Shown: positions 38,488 to 39,917 of the stretch, in pieces
Position numbering within the stretch: the stretch's first letter is position 1
Layout: each line of letters begins with the position of its first letter
Virus record (IMG/VR): IMGVR_UViG_2851976983_000004
Direction: 5' to 3' (one strand)
Source of the DNA: a virus
Lineage: Duplodnaviria; Heunggongvirae; Uroviricota; Caudoviricetes
Length of the DNA stretch: 39,917 nt
Position numbers and translations under genes: made by a program
Notes under the pieces: model-generated
What the model was told of the DNA's origin: nothing
Seen by the model: the letters and a program-made list of their open reading frames with translations, nothing else
The model's database searches: none

Positions 38488-38899
38488 GCCATTCAATATC
38501 TGGCGCACTGGAAGTATCGACCAGCTCCAGTGCGTCCAGATAATCCAGCCACAAATTATATTGCGCCAGTTCCTCACCTTTCAGACGACCAATAGCCGCT
38601 TTACCAGCCCATTGTTTACTGTTCATATAATCGTTGGCCTGATTAATCAATTGCTGCTTTTTCAGTTCGGCTGCAGCAATCTGTTCCTCATGTGTTGGTG
38701 GTGGAATTTCAGACCATGCAGGAAAACCATTTTCTCCAGCGATACGGATTTTTCCTTTCGGCGGTAATCCGGAAAACTCAATATACACTTGCTCATCAAC
38801 TTCAACAGCATCATCTGGCCATGAGTCAGCTTGCGTGTAATCCTCTTTCATCTCCAAGGGATAGAAAGAGTTTGTAGTCGCGGAATATATGTAATTCAT
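38459..38899 (-). CDS. alternative tail fibre assembly protein (U-prime-like)
   Basis: 146-aa ORF convergent with U, C-terminal ...APDIEWPTPP. Confidence 0.7.
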   Translation of the reverse strand: MNYIYSATTNSFYPLEMKEDYTQADSWPDDAVEVDEQVYIEFSGLPPKGKIRIAGENGFPAWSEIPPPTHEEQIAAAELKKQQLINQANDYMNSKQWAGKAAIGRLKGEELAQYNLWLDYLDALELVDTSSAPDIEWPTPPAVQAR

Positions 38900-38925
38900 T
38901 TTTCACTCCATAAAGTTAAAAGAAA

Positions 38926-39273
38926 TTAACACCCTAATGCGAAAAATGAAGCACCGATACCGGGTACGCCTGCTCTGGAAATAAATTTCACCGGGTCCTG
39001 GTTATAACCGGCACAAGCTATATAGCCAACATTTGCACTGCCGGGAGTGTAATCCTGAGTTGCAAATACCCGCAGACATCTATTCGGAAATGCAATCGGA
39101 AAATAGGTTACTGTGTCCTGAGACGTCAGCGAAACATCAATTGGCCCCCATTGAATAATTAAACCGGATGGCAATTTTTGATATCCAGTACCTGAAACAG
39201 AAAGCGTGAAGCTACCCATATCAGGTATCTGATTCGTCCCTGTCCCCACATTCCTTTTTGCCGCTTCTCCCAA
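38926..39273 (-). CDS. alternative tail fibre C-terminal segment, promoterless until inversion
   Basis: Minus-strand ORF starting at the right crossover site; reads ...[10 protein letters not shown]..., sharing GLGE with the fibre gene at the left site. Confidence 0.65.
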   Translation of the reverse strand: MGEAAKRNVGTGTNQIPDMGSFTLSVSGTGYQKLPSGLIIQWGPIDVSLTSQDTVTYFPIAFPNRCLRVFATQDYTPGSANVGYIACAGYNQDPVKFISRAGVPGIGASFFALGC

Positions 39274-39292
39274 ACCAACGTTTTCGTCTTAA
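39265..39292. repeat. invertase crossover site, right copy
   Basis: TTCTCCCAAACCAACGTTTTCGTCTTAA, inverted relative to left copy, just upstream of invertase gene. Confidence 0.65.
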
Positions 39293-39344
39293 CTCCCACC
39301 TATACCAGCTATGTATTTTTAACAAAACAAAGAGGATATTTTTC

Positions 39345-39917
39345 ATGCAAATTGGCTACATTCGTGTGTCAACAAATGACCAGAATACAGATTTACAACG
39401 AAACGCACTGAACTGCGCAGGATGTGAACTGATTTTTGAGGATAAAATCAGCGGAACAAAGTCAGCCCGACCGGGATTGAAAAAGCTGCTCAGAACGTTA
39501 TCAGAAGGAGATACGCTCGTTGTCTGGAAGCTGGATAGGCTGGGCAGAAGCATGAAACACCTTATCACTCTTATTGAGGAACTGCGGGGAAAAGGGGGTA
39601 ATTTCCGTAGTCTTACAGACAGCATTGATACGTCAACACCCATGGGACGTTTCTTTTTTCACGTCATGGGGGCTTTAGCGGAAATGGAGCGCGAATTAAT
39701 AGTTGAACGAACACTGGCCGGACTTGAGGCAGCACGTGCACAGGGGCGTATTGGCGGACGCCGTCCGAAACTGACAAAAGAGCAACATGAACAAATAGCA
39801 AGGCTGATCAAAAATGGCTATAGCAGGAAACAGTTGGCAATTATTTACGATATCGGTATATCGACGATTTATCGTTATCACCCTGTAGAGGAACTCCAAA
39901 CTCAAGCTAAGTTGTAA
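39345..39917 (+). CDS. serine DNA invertase (Gin/Hin/Pin family)
   Basis: MQIGYIRVSTNDQNTDLQRNAL... with catalytic-serine motif and C-terminal HTH; AGAGGA 8 nt upstream; ORF table start 39258 is an upstream extension. Confidence 0.9.
   Translation: MQIGYIRVSTNDQNTDLQRNALNCAGCELIFEDKISGTKSARPGLKKLLRTLSEGDTLVVWKLDRLGRSMKHLITLIEELRGKGGNFRSLTDSIDTSTPMGRFFFHVMGALAEMERELIVERTLAGLEAARAQGRIGGRRPKLTKEQHEQIARLIKNGYSRKQLAIIYDIGISTIYRYHPVEELQTQAKL

Noticed and set aside
39258-39344. Upstream extension of the invertase ORF (MPLLPNQRF...)
   Set aside because: Begins at a TTG inside the crossover site and alternative fibre segment; the conserved invertase N-terminus and ribosome-binding site are at 39345.

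Overview
The whole 39.9-kb window lies inside a Mu-like transposable prophage of an enterobacterial host; neither phage end is in the window. Positions 1-8040 (minus strand) hold the early operon, read leftward from a ner-like gene through a winged-helix regulator, a Mu-type DDE transposase, a MuB-like AAA+ ATPase, several small accessory ORFs, Gam, a DUF2786-like protein, a GemA-like protein and a Mor/C-family activator. At 8041-8130 a face-to-face promoter region with a perfect 20-bp palindrome separates this operon from a plus-strand XRE-type repressor gene, which is translationally coupled to an AT-rich cassette of unknown genes (8549-11450). From 11518 to 38487 (plus strand) come a lysis cassette (membrane protein, SLT endolysin with an N-terminal membrane anchor, nested Rz/Rz1-like spanins), terminase, portal, head, sheath/tube, tape-measure, baseplate and tail-fibre genes. 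Between the baseplate spike and wedge genes an AT-rich accessory gene is split into three in-frame pieces by a full-length IS100-like element (31129-33082, 5-bp duplication GGAAA) and a full-length IS2 (33369-34699, duplication TCGAT); removing both restores one ORF of about 291 codons with a possible PD-(D/E)xK nuclease signature. The right end carries a Gin/Hin-type invertible tail-fibre segment (sites about 37425-37450 and 39265-39292) and its serine invertase (39345-39917). No rRNA, tRNA or CRISPR array was seen. All family assignments rest on remembered sequence patterns and gene order, not on database searches, and coordinates derived by hand counting may be off by 1-2 bp.
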